Program-made: the position numbers and the translations under genes | The notes under the pieces: generated by a model | Seen by the model: the letters and a program-made list of their open reading frames with translations, nothing else | Databases searched by the model: none | Told to the model about the DNA's origin: nothing | Assembly (NCBI GenBank): GCA_047495785.1 | Contig: JBLDXI010000048.1 | Span: 124,001-188,000, forward strand | Source of the DNA: Lepidodermella squamata | Taxonomy: Eukaryota > Animalia > Gastrotricha | Direction of reading: 5' to 3' | DNA length: 64,000 nt | Part shown: piece by piece, positions 60,764 to 64,000 of the stretch | How positions within the stretch are numbered: position 1 is the first letter of the stretch | Layout: each line of letters opens with the position of its first letter

Positions 60764-62989
60764 TTATTTCAACAAAGAGCTCGGTCGCTGCCGGCTATTG
60801 GGCATATTTGGCCCAATCAACCCCCGCGGCCCGTTTCGACTCGACGGCGCCAATAGCGCCTGCATTTTCGACCTCAGCTGGCTTTCAATTCTCGCATACA
60901 AGCCTCCCGGAATCTCACGGGTCGAGCTCGAACTCGCCGTTGAAGCATGGACAACTGGCACGCCGCTGCTCGTATCAGTCTGGGCCGTCGCTAGCCGACC
61001 GCCCAACTGCGATGCCAACATGCCCGACGCTGCTTTCCGCATCACGACGTACTCGCACATTTCGCGCATGATTCGATAATCAGCCTGGCGTTGGTTGTCT
61101 TGATTCAACCGCGTGGACAAATCCACGTTCCAAGTCGGGAGAAGAAACCGCGAGAAATCGTAATTCAACGCCGAATTTCCAGGCTGAGGGCTCGCCCCTG
61201 GCCTAGGACTGCCGAATGCTGTGGGCAGGCTTGCATTTCTAACACCTAGAGTTGACGAAACGCCATTACTTTGGCCCTGATTTGCTTCGTCATTCTGGTT
61301 CATAAAACTTCGGATGAAGAGAACAGGGTCAAGGGCTAAATTCTGCGATCCGCTTTGATTGGCCGGGGCAGCGGATCCAGGCGGCCCTGATTGATCGCCA
61401 ACTATTGGTTCGCGAAATCGAAGAAGCAATTCGTAAATTCTTTTCGTTCGATCACCTCCAATCTGATTTGAAAATGTAATAAAGACTTCATATACCTATT
61501 ATTGAGAATTTAATACCTGAAAATCTGTTAAATGATCCATCATCCTACAACCGCCAGTTCGAACTGAAAATGGGTCGAAAGGGCGGAAAGTTTGCCGGCA
61601 GCAAGGGTAGAAATCAGCGGCTGGTTTATCAGGATGCGTCCAACAGAACGGGAAATCAATGCATCGAAACCATTGGCGGCATCTCACGCAGCGTAAACAC
61701 TGGACAGTCGCCCAGAGTCGCCAAAAAACTACTCGCCAGGACCGTAGTTCTTTGTATTGCGAGCTTATCCATTCGTTTACATCGAAATTATCTGCAGGGA
61801 CGTGATTTGCCACAATTTCACCCCATCGGGTCAATTGCAATTGACTAGCTTCGCATGGAACTAATAGATGAGTTGTTGGGGTGAGCAATTTCAAGCAAAC
61901 TCGACATTGGAACAAATTGCTTGCATCTGGAATATCGATGTCGTCCAAAATAAGTTGAGCCAGGTGGTCTTTATTGGCTTGATCAGCCAGTAATTGATGA
62001 GATGAAGTCCTCGTAAACATTGCTTCAATTTTCGCTTGATACAGACGAGATTTCAATCTATCTTTCTTGTCCTTAATCGCATCTAGCTCTTCGATATCGA
62101 ATAACGAAGCTAATCTCTTCAAAACCAGCTCAGAAATACTGAAAATAACAAAATATGAACAAAATGAATGCATAATTTTAACGGAATTCTAACCAATTAA
62201 AGTTCGCAGGTGAATTACTGACAACCGCTTCGGTATTCGTATGAATAAACGTAAGGCAATCAGTCACAAGTTCGTCCATTTGAAGAAAATCGGAAGAAAT
62301 CAGAATTGAAATAACATTAGCTGGTTCCAAAACCGGCGGGCCCGAACTGTTAGTACCCTGAGAACTAGAGCCTGCCGGTAATTGAGATTCTGGTACGTCT
62401 TTATGCACGTATTTCATCAACCAATCGAAAATAACAACGTCGCATTGAACACTGATGTCAACATCGTCTGGTTTCGAATCGTCCGTTAGATGAGCGGCGA
62501 AGAACTTCATTTTAGAAACTAGCAACCATTTAGCGCAATAGAAATCCTGACTGCGGCGTTTCGCCTCGTCAACCACGTGTATTCGCAATAATGCAGATGA
62601 GTAATTATCATTGCTTTTAGCCGCAGCATCAGGCGGCGAACCTTGAGCCATAGCGGGTTTGTCGCCTTCGTTTAAATACTCAGAAATTTGAACATCTGAC
62701 TGACTAGCATCATTTGAATTAAGACTAGCGTCGAGCGTAAGTGGTGCATAGAAAGACCCGGCTCGGTCTAACGGAAATACTTTGTCGCAAAAGTCCTGCA
62801 AAATAGATAATCGATAATGTTGAATGAAACGGGCAACGGTATATATCGGCTTACTTGATATGTACGCTTCGATAGGAATGGTAATTCCCGACACAATGCA
62901 TCGAAATCACTTGGAGCTGGCCTCACACCACTACTACGTAGTTGGCTAAGCACATAAAAAGTGGCGGCTGACGACGCCGGATCGTTCAT
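60764..62989 (-). CDS. SANBR: SANT and BTB domain protein SANBR/KIAA1841-like (4 exons, short introns)
   Basis: IHVVDEAKRRSQDFYC...LLVSKMKFF, DISVQCDVVIFDWLMKYV, LEPANVISILISSDFLQM, KDKKDRLKSRLY, SWRVVFWRLW, C..C..WF, YPCC. Confidence 0.85.
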
Positions 62990-64000
62990 TCGTACTCTGT
63001 TGATTGCTCACTCATAAATAATTAATTTTACGATACGGCCATGTTTGAGTTAGATCCAAGAGTTTATCTATCAATATCGTTAGGAACTAGTGAATGGAAA
63101 CAAAATAAATCACTGGAAAAATGCAAAAAAAGAAAATCAAGAGCCTACGAGAAGAAATATGATGGAACTTCGATTACTTGTGACCCAAGTAAACGGTTGT
63201 CGAGGGCTACAATTAATTCAAAGCCACATGCGAGCGCAAGTGACTAAACGATGACAAAGTAAACTTATGCAATTGCAAGAATCTAATTTGAGGGAAAATT
63301 TCTCGAGCGACACAGCTTTCCAAAATGCACCCCGAGTTGCCGAAAAGAGGATTGTTTCAGAAAAGCATTGCGAACTATTACCGGTTTCTCACAGCACCTA
63401 GTATCATCGAGACAGCAAAAGAACTCTCATTAGATAGCATTGAAGTAGCGCTGGAACAGTGCAAGTGTTCATTCTCGAGATCAAAGGGAATTCGCAAACG
63501 ATTTACTCGGATAACCAGACAAATGACGTCCGAAAACCGCAACACGCGTTACCTGAGCGCAATCAGAAAACTGAAATCAGCCTGTACCGTGTCCACGGAC
63601 GCGCGGGTTGCTCAATTCTTTTTCAACGGAAATAAAACACAATTTCCTTATATTGTTATTCGCAATTTTTAATGTTTTTTCCATAATTTAGTTTTTGTTG
63701 CCCCCTTGGCGACATGATTTTTTGCCCTTGAATGAGTCATCGCTGTAATCAATCAGCTGCTATCAGTTGTTTTGCGTGCAAAAGTACAACACAAAGAAAC
63801 ATAAGCAACTATTGCAATGTCTAGAGGCACTTAATCACCATTAATTCATGATAATATATGTTTGCTGATGCTCCCACAATGAATATTTATTGCGTCTACA
63901 TCAGTGAGGCCATCTGACCACCCTTGTTGTTTCAACACCTTTCGCCAACTCATCGTGTTAAATTCATTCACTCATAATCAATGTCATCGAGAAGACCTTG

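Noticed and set aside
1-64000. Non-standard genetic code or non-canonical introns
   Set aside because: The gene models I reconstructed read through with the standard code and GT-AG junctions.

Overview
Compact, intron-containing eukaryotic DNA, probably from an animal; the species cannot be identified from the sequence. The window opens with a 2.8-kb cassette of 17 intron-less tRNA genes, all with different anticodons (14 amino acids), plus two tRNA remnants, next to a Tc1/mariner-type non-autonomous element. About 14 spliced protein genes follow: a TMEM79/MAPEG-like protein, ADA2/TADA2, SCAR/WAVE, ornithine decarboxylase, CLP1, TM2D2-like, MAT1/MNAT1, an orphan secreted cationic two-Cys precursor, three tandem STELLO/DUF288 glycosyltransferase paralogs, UTP25/DIEXF, an MLH3 with an eroded ATPase domain, and SANBR/KIAA1841. 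Large introns are patchworks of short transposon fragments (Tc1, hAT, Helitron, LINE, Gag, SINE, MITE); every fragment I could orient is antisense to its host gene. Exon flanks, and even some coding exons, carry A/T clusters that look about 10-bp phased, like nematode PATCs. The most notable candidates are the PATC-like/antisense-TE intron architecture, a PPW-containing overlapping ORF at the ODC start, the tRNA cassette possibly bracketed by transposon arms, and the orphan secreted peptide with CRE/AP-1 sites. Exon boundaries were read by eye and homology calls come from remembered motifs, not database searches.
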